Below are positions 40,520-52,149 of a stretch of DNA of 64,000 bases, piece by piece. The stretch's first letter is position 1. Each line of letters opens with the position of its first letter. The notes below the pieces were generated by a model. It searched no databases. It saw nothing but the letters and a program-made list of their open reading frames with translations, and was not told where the DNA came from. The DNA lies in NCBI GenBank assembly GCA_002104905.1, contig MCFE01000223.1:59290-123289 (forward strand), written 5' to 3'. The position numbers and the translations under genes are program-made. Source of the DNA: Basidiobolus meristosporus CBS 931.73 (Eukaryota; Fungi; Basidiobolomycota).

Positions 40520-41027
40520 TCCTATGAACAAATATTGCAATGATCCTGTCAAAAGGCTGTCACAAATTCTAAGTCTTGTGACTAAGAGGTACTGATCCCA
40601 TTAGGACACCATGCAAAGACTGTCAAAAAATAATTGCACCCCATATTTCACAAAAAACCTGGTCAAAACTTTTCATCCTAACAATACAAAAGTGGCTTTT
40701 GATTGGTTCTCTGCCAATTTTCTCACTTTTGGTTCCCAGACACTGTATCACCTCCTACATGTGTGTACATTGATTGGCCGTTGCCTCTTTTTCACACTCC
40801 TTACTTCCTGACTCCGCTGTTTCTCTTACTTTCATGCAAACAAGTTGATTTATTTACATTTATACTTCAGTCATACATCAAATGCCAATTGTATCAACCT
40901 ATACAAGTTCCTATACCCTACACTAACATTAAGCCCAACCCAACACTTAACAAGTAACTCCATTAAAATCCACCACTTGGTAAGTATCTCTGCTGTAATG
41001 ATCTGTTTCCACAGCCAAACTTCTTGT
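40520..41027 (+). mobile_element. CACTA left-end fragment with a degenerate TIR (TCCTATGAACAAATATT)
   Basis: Reverse complement of about 38240-38738. Confidence 0.82.
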
Positions 41028-41640
41028 TACTTAGAGTAATTTTACCAAAGTACCAGGCATCCAGAACATGAGATTTCTCAAAGTTGTCCAAACAGCCTCA
41101 AACTTTGCATACATGTTCTGAGGACCCTCCTTGGTCTACTCTACTTACATTTAATATCCAAGACCATGTAAAAGTATAAATACTACCTTGCAATCAATAA
41201 ATCATCAAGTGAAGCCTACATAATCTACTTGTTCTCCCAATCATTTACAAGATCTCCAAGACTCTTACAACAGGTTAGCCCCAAGCTGTCACTCTCTGCA
41301 ATGTCTACTACTGCTATTACTAGAACTTTTCCCTTGACTGAAAAGTTGGACAGATTTAACTATCTAGTGTGGAAGGTGGAGATGAAGTTGATGCTACAAG
41401 ATAGAGGCCTTTGGGATATTGTCATGGGAGAAGAATGCCCTCCTAAAATGAGGGAGAGGTAGCCTTGAAGTACCAGAAGAAAGAACAATGTGTCTTTAAT
41501 TGCATTTGACTAATCATTAAAGACAAATTGTTAATTCAATGCTCAGGAGCAAATACAGCAAAGAATGCCTGGAAGGCATTAGAAGACACTTACCAGTCAT
41601 GTTCAACAGCCAAGAGAATTTATCTGAGACAAAAGTCCCA
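41028..41640 (+). mobile_element. copia-1 5' fragment (partial LTR to 41272, damaged PBS, gag start)
   Basis: Reverse complement matches about 50960-51570. Confidence 0.85.
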
Positions 41641-42229
41641 CAACTGAGAGGTACTGATACTGTCAGGACACCTTACAGAGACTGTTGCAAAATAATTGTA
41701 CCCCAGAATTTACAAAAAACTTGGTCAAAATTTTGCATCACATTAATGTAAAAGAGGCTTTTGGATGGTTCCCTATCAATTTGCTCACTTTCTGATCCCA
41801 GACACTCTTTCACCTCCCACATTTGTGTGCATTGATTGGCTATTGCCTCTTTTCACACTGCTGACTTCCCAACTCAGCCATTTCTCTTACTTTTCATGCA
41901 TGTAAATTGATTTTTCTCTGTTGAGGCTTCCGTTGTACCTCAATTGCCAATTGTATTGACCTATACAAGTCCCTATACCCTATACTAACATTATGCCTAA
42001 CCCCACACTCAACAAGTAACTCCATTGAAATCCACAACTCAACAGGTATTTCTGTATTAACACTCTGGTTCCACAACTTTGGCAGGAATCCAACAGCTTT
42101 ATGCCACTATTCATTCACTGGTTCCCATGTGTCCTGGTCTTCAGCTGGCACTGCAATGTCTAGCACCTCATCTGCCAGTCTTTGCAATAAATTCCTGCAG
42201 TATTCAGGTGCATTTTCTTGAGCACTGCA

Positions 42230-43701
42230 TTAAAAGAAGTGCTGCAACCTTGTGGTGTGCCTATTGATGTTCCAAAATTCCACTGAAGGCATTATGGTAG
42301 TCTTTTGAGTTCTTGACATTGAAGCCTTGTCTGTCAGTGGGATCTCCACTCTGTCAACAATGGAGGATGTGGAGTCTGTGTTAGACAAATTGCCTTTTTC
42401 TGCAAACTCATCTACCTTGCTGGAGTGTAGCTCAACTGGCTGCACTTCCAACTCTTGTGAAAACAGCTGTTTTCTTGTTGATAATTCTTCTTGGCTATGA
42501 TTGGATTCAGTCTGTTCCAGGCTTGGGGTGTTAATTGGTAAGAACTGCAGTGTTTTTTGCATGCCTCCCTGTCTCAGGCTTGGGTAGACTTTTTTCCCTT
42601 TACATTTTCCTGTATCACTGCCAGGTCTTTCACTGCTACTTTGTCTGCGTGCTTCTTGAGTACTACTACTCTTTTTCCTGGATAAATATTGTGCTGGAGC
42701 ATCTGTGCCTGTCTGCTTGTCCCTAATTGGCACTCTTCCAGCTACCTGATATCTCTTTGATACTTGTCTGGAGCCTTTGGCCCCCTTGTAACAAGCTCTT
42801 TAGGAAGCCGCTGGTTTTTAGCCATGGCACCCTTGTTCTTTGGGCCTTTGATAGTTACTGCTATTCTGAAGTTACTTTCTTAGTATACCAAAGCTGGCCC
42901 AAAATCTGTTTGCCCATTTGAATACAGGATAATGCTCATGGAACAAGTCAAGTGCATTCTACTTGGCCTTGAGCTCCTGATGGTCCAATTGCATTTAACG
43001 GCTTTGTAGATCTCCAATGTCTTTTGATTTTTAGGCTTTGGTATAAACACCACATTGTGTCCCTCCCATGCTGTGATAGGTTTTTCTGTGGGCTTCATCA
43101 TTGAGCATTTTTGTTGTGCTACAAAGACTGTACAATGCTTCTCTACTGTCACATCTGGAAATGGCTCAATTCTTTGCTGTGACATTGAGCTACTTGAGTT
43201 CCTTCTTTGCAGCAAAGATACTGCTTTCTCTACCTGGGATATTGACTGCTCAACATGTATTATCTGCTCTTCCTGTTTCTTGACTATTTCCTGATTTCCC
43301 TGGACCATTGCATCTATCCAATCAGCCACTGTACCTAATTGCTTCATTAATACTTTGGTATGAGCTGATAGCATACTTGCTAATATGGGTGGAGGTGATG
43401 TTATGACAGCCACTTGCTGGTCTTCAATTGAGGGTACTGCATTAATTACATTCTCATCTGCCTGAGCATAATGGTCAGCATGTGTCTCTATGGAGGTCCT
43501 CAGTTGCCTACTTGACTGACAGCCTGAGGAGTCTGCATTATTACCTTCAGTGGGCACACTGTTAACATGGTCTTTTTTGGATGTAGCCCTGCTTGTTGCA
43601 CTGAATGTCAAAGCAAGCTGTTGTCCAACAGTTCTTCTGTTGCTGTCAGCAGTGGGGTTTGGTTGTAAATCAGACAACTTTGCTTTATTTTTTGGCAGCA
43701 T
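42230..43701 (-). pseudogene. CACTA ORF2 (open pieces 42880-43701, 273 aa, and 42230-42733, 167 aa)
   Basis: Longest open version of ORF2; heptad-like LMKQLGTVADWIDAMVQGNQEIVKKQEEQIIHVEQSISQVEKAVSLLQ. Confidence 0.65.
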
Positions 43702-43923
43702 ACATATGGTATTGAGTTAAACCAAAGGGGAAATAGTGTTATATATACATGTGTATGTGGTGCCACAAGTTTATTCATAATGCTTACTATGGCAGGTCAT
43801 CATTGAATCTTACATTCATGTAGGTGCAATGTCTCAAATATAAGACTGTCTTTGACTCACATGAGTATTGACCAAAAAGTGTAATAATAGCATTACATTG
43901 TTGAAGGTCAAACTGTTTGCTCC
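43702..43923. promoter_or_regulatory. Candidate bidirectional promoter between ORF2 and the transposase
   Basis: 222 bp between opposed ATGs (43701 minus, 43924 plus); the same 222-bp spacing occurs at 36121-36342. Function inferred from position only. Confidence 0.45.
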
Positions 43924-46376
43924 ATGGACAAGACAACTTTGACTCAACACCATAAGAGAAGAGAAAAATGAACATGTGGCTATTGAAGCAAGCCTCTCAA
44001 CCATGAAGCATGCAGACAGCATAGGAAGTATTACAAGGATCACAGCCAGTGTTTTGCCACACAAGTCATATTTGACCATTCATTGGCTACTACTGTGCCA
44101 GCATGATCATGCTGGCCAGTTCATAATTCTGTATTGACACCGGGCCATCTTTGTTACCTTGCACAAACTGAGTCAGATGAGTTTGTGATGCCCTGAGACT
44201 CACCTCAGCCTTCTGAATACGGCAAACAGAGTGATGGCTCTGAAAAAGAAGGTTCACTGATGGATTGTGAGCCTATCTCCCCTAACAACAGTACCATGTA
44301 TGAGTCCAGTCAAATCCCAATATGCAATGAGACAACACACACTGAAACAAGTGCAAGGATACTCTATGGAGCCAAGTAAGCCCAGTAATCCATTTACTGG
44401 TGAATGATATAATGTTGTGGCTAGAGAGGTGGCGCATTTGCACTGATATCAGTAATGGGGGCTTTGAGGACTTATAATTACATCTTGCCAAAATCATGCT
44501 GGGATGCAACTTACCATGTATATGGTACAAGTGGACAACCATCATGTGCCTGGCAGCATATGATCCAGAGATTGTCCTGATTCCAGCATGTATTAATAGT
44601 TGCATGGCATTCACATCCAAAAATGCTACCATTGCAATGTGTTCAAATTGTTAGGAATCCACCACCATTGAGGGAAAGTATTGTTTACACTCCAGATATA
44701 TTACAGCAATACCCCATCTGAGGAAGCTGATGCAGTCCAACAAATATTGCTAAGCTATACAGTACTGCACTCAGTATCAATCAAGTGCACACATATCCAA
44801 TATATTTGATGGCATACATTACAAACTGTTAAGAAGTAAGGGCTTCTTTGAAGGTATATATGACCATGCCTTTGCCTTATCACTTGATGGATACTCATTA
44901 AGCAAGTACTCTACCAGCAATACTGCTGGCCATGGATTCTCATCAATCTAAATCTACTGCCCATCTTGTGGTATCAGAGCCATAATCTGATGGTAGTCTC
45001 ATGTATATCTGGGCCTATATTGCCATCCAACCTGAATAGCTACCTGTATCCATTGCTGGATGAGTTTTGCATGCTCTCCAGCAGGATAACAGTAAACGGC
45101 TGTCATGTAAAAGCTCATATTATTATCTGAATTGGGGATACCCCAGCCATTTGCAAGATAGCTGGTTTTTCTGGGCACACTGGAAAGTACTGCTGTCAAA
45201 TGTGTGAGATCCAGGGGATTTACTCCATTACTTGCATACATTGTTATTACCCAAATACCAGCACTAAGAACATCATCTTTCCACAGAGAGAACATACAGA
45301 AGTCAGCAAGCAATTGCAGCAAAGTTGGCAAGCTATAAGCCATTGGCCGGAGTATGGAGTTAATTGGAAACCAGATATATGTAAGATAGAGGGTATCTAT
45401 TGGAGCAAAAGCTTTCCACTGGGAGCAATGCATTAGCTCCTTAACAATATCCCTATACTAATGACAAAGTTGCATATGGGGCACCTCAAGCTAAATAAGC
45501 CCTTCAAGATACTGGGGAAATTTGAAATAATTGGGAAGATATTGCAGAGTATCTGCCACACTAAGTGCTTCTCACAGGCTCCAATCAATATTCATACTCA
45601 TATGCAACAATACAAATGCAAAGACTGGATGAGCTGGATATGTTTTTATTCAAATGGTGTTGTGAAGCCATTCCCACCAAGGGTACATTGGAAGCATTAG
45701 GAGTCATATGTGGACATTGTGGGAATACTTATCCAGAAGCAGATCACCAATGACAACTTGACACATCTGCAGCTGTTGTGCAAAGAGTTTGTAATGGGAT
45801 CTGAGCGGCTGTACTACAATCATAAAGCTGAATGTGTAGATCTCTGCTGCTACTGTATCCATTCTGTGCTCCATCTTGCACAGTGTGTGGAGAATATTGG
45901 GCCTTGCTTCACCTTTTGAGAGTTTTCTATGGAGCGGATGTGGGGGGAGATAGGAAGACAAGTCAAGTTGCAGGTACTACCATATCCCAATCTCATCAAG
46001 AATATTACCTTCAAATGTCATGAAAGTGATGAGTTGGCACATGGAGAACAGCCAAGAAGAGTTGGAATTCACTGAGGACAGATGTGCACATGGAGACACC
46101 AATGCCTATGGCATTAAGAAGCTAAGAAGTCCCAATGCATGGGTAATCAGTCAAGTAATGCAAAGTTGGGTTGGGTGCAGCAAGCAACTGATTTTTATTA
46201 TGAAAACTCTACTAAGGCATTCTGGATTTTTCTTGATCACAAGCCAACTTCTACACCATTCAATATGGAATACACACAAACAAGAGCCCAGGCACACCTA
46301 TAAGGAGAACAAGAATCCAGCAGGGAGAAGGAAATATTGGCCAAATGCCAAGAAGTTCTTCACAGATATTCAGTAG
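43924..46376 (+). pseudogene. CACTA transposase, degenerate
   Basis: MDKTTL start with an N-terminal CxxC..H pattern, Tnp2 core at 44560-45300, ENIGPCFTF*EFSMERMWG at about 45890. Confidence 0.85.
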
Positions 46377-47352
46377 ATATTATTGGCAGAAGTTGCACAA
46401 CCAAGCATATGTTTGCAAGATGTATATGTTACCAGCAGTACAAAGTATATGCCAACTTTGCAAGTATCACACTAAAAAGCTGTAAAGTTGAGGTGGTAGA
46501 AGTATGTCAATTGCGGCAGGTGTGCACATTTGTATAGGTTAGTAAGCAGGAGGCCATAGTCTTTTTTGATTCAAGCTATATGTGGAATACCCAAGGTAGT
46601 AGTGGGTAAGCAAATAAAGAGGGGTGATGCTACAGTGTAATATGTGAATTGCACAAGAGGAGGTAGAACAAGGAAATACCATTTGGTAAATTGGTACATC
46701 TGCATTATACAGAGCCAGCTGTATGCTGCCATACTGCTGATATAATGGCATCAGAGTCTTGCTGTGTGCTTATTGAAATACCATCAGGTTTCTTCCCATA
46801 TAAGGCAACTCAATATCCTGGCCAGTTGGATCCACTTACAATGGTTGTAGAGTGCAACAAGACTGCAACAAAACTGTGCAATTATTGTCACAGCACCAAT
46901 CTAACCTCATCAAGGTTTATCACTTTGTTTGATATTAAATTGGCAAAATGCTGTTGTGATCCCATCATCAGATTGTCAAGAGGGTCACAAATGTTGTAAG
47001 AGTCTTGGAGATATTGGAAGTGAATGGGAGAACGAGTAGATTATGTGGTTTTTACTTAATGATTTATTGAATGTAAAAGTAGTATTTATACTTTTACATG
47101 GTCTTGGCATTACAAACACGTAGAATAGGTTAAGGAAGGTCCCAAGAACATGTGTACAAAGTTTGGGGCTGTTTGGACAACTTTGAGAATTTTCATGTTC
47201 TGGGTACCTGGTATTTTGGTGAAAATATTCTAAGTAAATCCCGACAAGGAATTTGGTCAGTATTCTCTAGGATTTGAAGGTGATGATCTAAGTGACTAAG
47301 TTAGGTGAATATTTAGGTGGAAAATACAAATTTTTACAACACTCCCACTCAG

Positions 47353-50300
47353 CTAAATGTTCATACTGACTAGTCCTAATTTTGACCTAAGATATTCAAA
47401 CTTGTCTCTAGCTAATGGTTTGGTAAATATGTCTGCAATCATTTCATCTGTAGGACAGTAAACTAAGCTAACTAAGTTATTCTCTATAGCTTCACGTATG
47501 AAATGATGTCTAATATCTATGTGCTTGGTTCTAGCATGAAAAGTTGGATTTCTACCTAATTGTATACATCCTTGATTATCTTGAAATAAAGTAATAGGCA
47601 TTTTTTGACATAGGCCTAAATCTGTAAAGAGCTTTCTTAACCACATTGCTTCTTTTGTAGCTTCACAGGCTGCCATATACTCTGCCTCTGTAGTAGAAAG
47701 TGCTACAGTTGGTTGCTTTCTTGAATTCCATGAAATGGCTCCTTTACAGTAGAGAAAGGTGTATCCTGTGGTGGATCTTCTGTCTTCTAAATTTCGTCCC
47801 CAATCAGCATCAGAGTATCCCACAAGATCCTGTTCTGAATCCTTATAAGTGTATCTTAAGCAAATATCAGCAGTTCCTTTTAGGTATCTAAAAATCCGCT
47901 TAACTGCTGCAATATGATCAGATCCATAATTCTGATTATGTTGGCTGACAACTCCCACCAAATATGAGATATCTGGACGTGTTCCAAGCAAGATATACAT
48001 CAGACTGCCGACCATAGATTGATAAGGAAAGTCAGGGCTTTCAGATGGCACCAAGCTCTCTTGATTTGGTTGAGTTTTGACCAAGTTAAGGTTTGTCTCC
48101 ATTGGGGTAGCTGCCGGTTTACAGTCTTCCATTTTGTACTTCTTTAGTATATCTTGAATATACTTGGATTGGCTTAGGGTAATAGTCTGGGTACTTCTGT
48201 CTATGGAGAACTTAATCCCTAAGTAGTAACTAAGTTCTCCTAGATTGGACATCTTGAACTCCTTAGATAGGCTGGATTTAGTCTCTTCCAATGTTTCTAG
48301 GTTATTGGCGGCTATAATAAGATCATCCACATACAGAGCTAATAGAACTGGATTTGCTCTATCTGGCTTATAGTATATACTATAGTCAGCATTACTCCTT
48401 TTGAAACTCAAAGATTCCAAATAAGAATCTATCTTGCAATTCCAGGCTCTCGGTGATTGTTTGAGACCATATAGTGACTTTTTAAGCTTGCAGACCAAAT
48501 GGGGGTTATCTTGGTCAACAAACCCATCAGGCTGGTCCATATACACGTCCTCATCAAGTTCTCCATTCAAAAATGCAGTTTTTACATCCATTTGATGAAT
48601 AAAAAACTTATATTTGGCTGCAATAGCCAATATTAATCTGATGGAATTAAACTTGGCTACCGGTGCAAAGGTCTCAGTATAGTCAAGTCCTTTTGTTTGA
48701 GAGTAACCTTTGGCTACAAGTCTTGCTTTGTATCTTTCAATTGTACCATCAGCCTTGTATTTTGTCTTAAAGACCCATCTGCATCCAATTGATTTTTGGT
48801 TGATTGGTAATTTGACTAAGTCCCAAGTTTGATTTTCCATCAGGGCCTGATATTCCTCAGTCATTGCAGATCTCCAAAACTTTGTCTGAGGGCTATTTAG
48901 GCCCTCTTTTACAGTCTGGGGCTCATCAACATGGACTGAATAGGCATAGGCTAAGTTTGTACCCTCATTGATATAGTAAATTGGGCTATTTCTTGTCCAA
49001 TTGGATCTCCGGGCATTTGATACTGGAATGATCACTTCTGGGATATTCCTGGGCACTGATTCTGGCTGAACCACGGTTGTAGAGTCCTCTGGAGTGAAAA
49101 AATTTTCATTGTTTTGCTCTGATTCAATCCTGACAATTGGTGGACTTGAGATCAAATTTTTGTCATCATCTGATGTCATTTTTTGTGAAAATTTTGAATT
49201 TTCATCAAACAACACATCCCTGGACTTGATCAGCTTCTTTGCTTTGGTATTGTAGAGTCTGTATGCCTTACTCTCATTGCAGTAGCCCAAAAATATGCAT
49301 TTTACACTTTTTGGCTCAAATTTTGACTGATTTCCGGCCAGTTTTTTGGCATATGCTGTACACCCAAATATTCTTAGATGTTCTGCACTTGGTCTGTATC
49401 CATACCATGCTTCAAATGGAGTAGAATCACAAAGTATTCTGTTATAACTCCTATTTTTAAGATATACAGCAGTGGCAACTGATTCCGCCCAATAATCATA
49501 GGATATTTTTGATCATGGATCATAGATCTTGCCATATCAATTATTGAACTGTTAGCTTGTTCTGCTACTCCATTTTGCTGTGGGGAGTATGGTACAGTAG
49601 TCTCTTGCTTTATCCCATGAATTTTGCAGAAGTGGATGAAGAGTTTTGAGGTACATTCTCCACCATTGTCAGAGCGTATTTTCTTGATTTTTTCACCAGT
49701 TTCTCTCTCCACCATGGCTTTAAACTCCCTGAACTTAGACAGAGCTTCTTCCTTTCTCTCCATGAAGTAGACCCATGTGTATCTTGTATAATCAGCAATA
49801 AAAGTGATTAAATACTTCATCCCGCCTAAGGATAAATTTTGCATAGGTCCACACAGATCTGAGTGAATTAGATCTAATTTTTTCTTAGTTTTGATTAACC
49901 CAGAGCTCTTGAACTGTTGTCTGGCTTGTTTCCCATATATGCAGGCTTCACAGTGCTCCAAATTAGCTGGGGGATCAATTTTCACTCCAGAAATTAGCTG
50001 ATCTTTGATCATTTTACGCAAATAATCAAAATTGATGTGTCCAAATCTCCTGTGCCAAAGCATTGGTGTTTCTTCATTTAAGTTACTTATATTGGCTTCC
50101 AAATATGATGGAATATAAGTCAACTTGTATAGATTCTGATCTCTGATGCCCAAAGCAATATGGGCACCATTTTGATCAGTGATCCTGCATCCAGAATTGT
50201 CAAAACTGAAACTGAGTCCTTCTGCTGTGGCCTTGCTTACAGAGAGTAGGTTCTTGGCTATTTCTGGTACATAGAGTACTTCTTTAAAGGTCAGTGTATG

Positions 50301-51323
50301 GCTTCCTTCACTGCTTCTAAGGTTTACTTGGATAGTTCCTTCTCCCACTGCATCAAGTGTTCTATCGTCACCCATGAAAACCTTCTTAATTGGAATTTCT
50401 TGATATTGGGTAAAAAGTTCTTTTTGGTGTGTAAAGTGTTGAGAAGCTCCAGAGTCAATATACCATGTCTGAGAATCCTTGTTTGTGGTCATATTTAGTG
50501 CAGATATGAATAGTCTATCTTCAGTTGTTGCAGCATTTCCATATTCAGGCTTCTTTTGCTGATAATCTCTCTTTTTGAAACACCGGTCTGATGTGTGTCC
50601 TTTCCTTTTGCAGTAGTTGCAAAATAGGTTGCTGTTGCCTTTGTAGGGTCTTGGGTACCTCCTTTGTTGGCTATCATTGCTTATTAAAGCATTTTCTTCT
50701 TCCTTCTTATTGGCGCTTGATTTTCTTAATTCTTCATCCAGGAGCCTTCCATATACGTAATTTAAGGTCAAATCTTCAGTTCTGGACTCTAGGGCTGATA
50801 CAAGGCCCTGAAACTTGTCTGTCAGGCTATTCAGGATGGTAACTATCACATCCTCATCAGTAGTTGGTACGCCCACAGATTCCATCTCATCTACCAGCAG
50901 GGTAATTCTGTTAATTAGATTTTTCATTTCTTCTCCTGGCAGCATCTTTGTAGTAAAGAATTTTCTTCTCAGATACATTTTCTTGGCAGCTGAACATGAC
51001 TGGTAGGTGTCTTCTAATGCCTTCCAGGCATTCTTTGCCGTTTTTGCTCTTGAGCATTGAATTAGCAATTTGTCCTTGACATTAAGGCAAATGCAGTTAA
51101 AGGCACTTTGTTCTTTCTTCTGGTACTTTAAGGCTTCCTCTCCCATGTTTTTAGGAGGGCATTCTTCTCCCATGACAATATCCCAAAGGCCTCTTTCTTG
51201 TAGCAGCATCTTCATCTTCACCTTCCACACTTGGTAGTTAGAGCCATCCAACTTTTCAGCAGAGGGAAAAATTCCAGTAATAGCAGTAGTAGACATTGCA
51301 GAGAGTGACAGCTCGGGGCTCAT
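47353..51323 (-). CDS. gag-pol: copia-1 gag-pol, split only by a 1-bp deletion near 49504 (track ORFs 49374-51455 and 47353-49290)
   Basis: CNYCKRKGH knuckle, WYIDSGAS, SDNGGE, QMDVKTAFLNG, LYVDD, GYSDADWG, KHIDIRHH; the likely start is 51323 or 51296, downstream of the LTR. Confidence 0.93.
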
Positions 51324-51327
51324 AACC
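51316..51327 (-). promoter_or_regulatory. Primer-binding site GGTTATGAGCCC (copia type, internal tRNA-iMet fragment primer)
   Basis: Directly abuts the 5' LTR; resembles the Drosophila copia PBS GGTTATGGGCCC. Confidence 0.85.
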
Positions 51328-51676
51328 TGTTGTAAGAGTCTTGGAGATATTGGAAGTGATTGGGAGAACAAGTAGATTATGTGGTTTTCACTTAATGATT
51401 TATTGAATGTAAAAGTGGTATTTATACTTTTACCTGGTCTTGGCATTACAAACACGTAGAATAGGTTAAGAAAGGTCCCAAGAACATGTGTGCAAAGTTT
51501 GGGGCTGTTTGGACAACTTTGAGAATTTTCATGTTCTGGGTACCTGGTATTTTGGTGAAAATATTCTAAGTAAATCCCGACAAGGAATTTGGTCAGTATT
51601 CTCTAGGATTTGAAGGTGATGATCTAAGTGACTAAGTTAGGTGAATATTTAGGTGGAAATACGAATTTTTACAACA

Positions 51677-51850
51677 TTAGAGACCCCTTCAAGAGACCCT
51701 TTACTCTAAAGAAGCCCCTTTAGGCACCCCTTTAGTGTAAAGTCCACTTTAGAGACCACTACAAGAAGCCCCTTTACTCTAAAGACACCCCTTTAGGTCT
51801 GAAGGCCCCTTTAGAGACTTCTACAACACACCCCTTTAGGTTAAAGGGGA
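51677..51850. repeat. Degenerate tandem array of about 12-18-bp units with core CCCCTTTAG
   Basis: About 10 units, e.g. AAGCCCCTTTAG, GCACCCCTTTAG, ACACCCCTTTAG. Confidence 0.75.
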
Positions 51851-52149
51851 TTTCAGAATTTCGATATTAGGAAATATTTTCTCAGAAAGGAAAGTGACTT
51901 CCAAATAAGGAAAAGTTGCTATAAATGTAAATAAGCCCGTTAGTCAACAGAAGGTCAGAACACTGCTGTAGAAGTGATAAACACTGCCTACAGTATATTT
52001 TGAGCCTAAGGCTGAGGAAATTAGTGAAAGTTATATCTTCTATTGGTATATCAAACTTCCAATAAACTATTTCAGTATTAGCATACTGGAAGTTGCTGTA
52101 TATTGTTGATTAGCCTCTACAATGTAGAACAAGCCCCAAACTAATCATA

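Larger units (their letters stand above)
41641..46991 (+). mobile_element. CACTA copy lacking both TIRs (about 55 bp missing on the left, about 110 bp on the right)
   Basis: Colinear with the reverse complement of 32880-38680. Confidence 0.9.
46992..51676 (-). mobile_element. Ty1/copia family 1, full-length and near-intact (4685 bp)
   Basis: LTRs 46992-47341 and 51328-51676 (about 8 substitutions and 1 indel by eye); PPT GAGTGGGAG at 47342-47350; PBS at 51316-51327; no matching TSD. Confidence 0.97.

Noticed and set aside
46400-46991. Third CACTA gene downstream of the transposase
   Set aside because: The short ORFs here are not conserved in frame in the copies at 32900-33480 and 21068-21330.
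51324-51455. N-terminal extension of the 693-aa ORF (MFVMPRPGK..)
   Set aside because: It lies inside the 5' LTR and PBS; the equivalent frames in other LTR copies are not conserved as an extension of gag.
51677-51850. Interstitial telomeric repeat
   Set aside because: The core CCCCTTTAG/CTAAAGGGG does not match TTAGGG or TTTAGGG arrays, and unit lengths are irregular.
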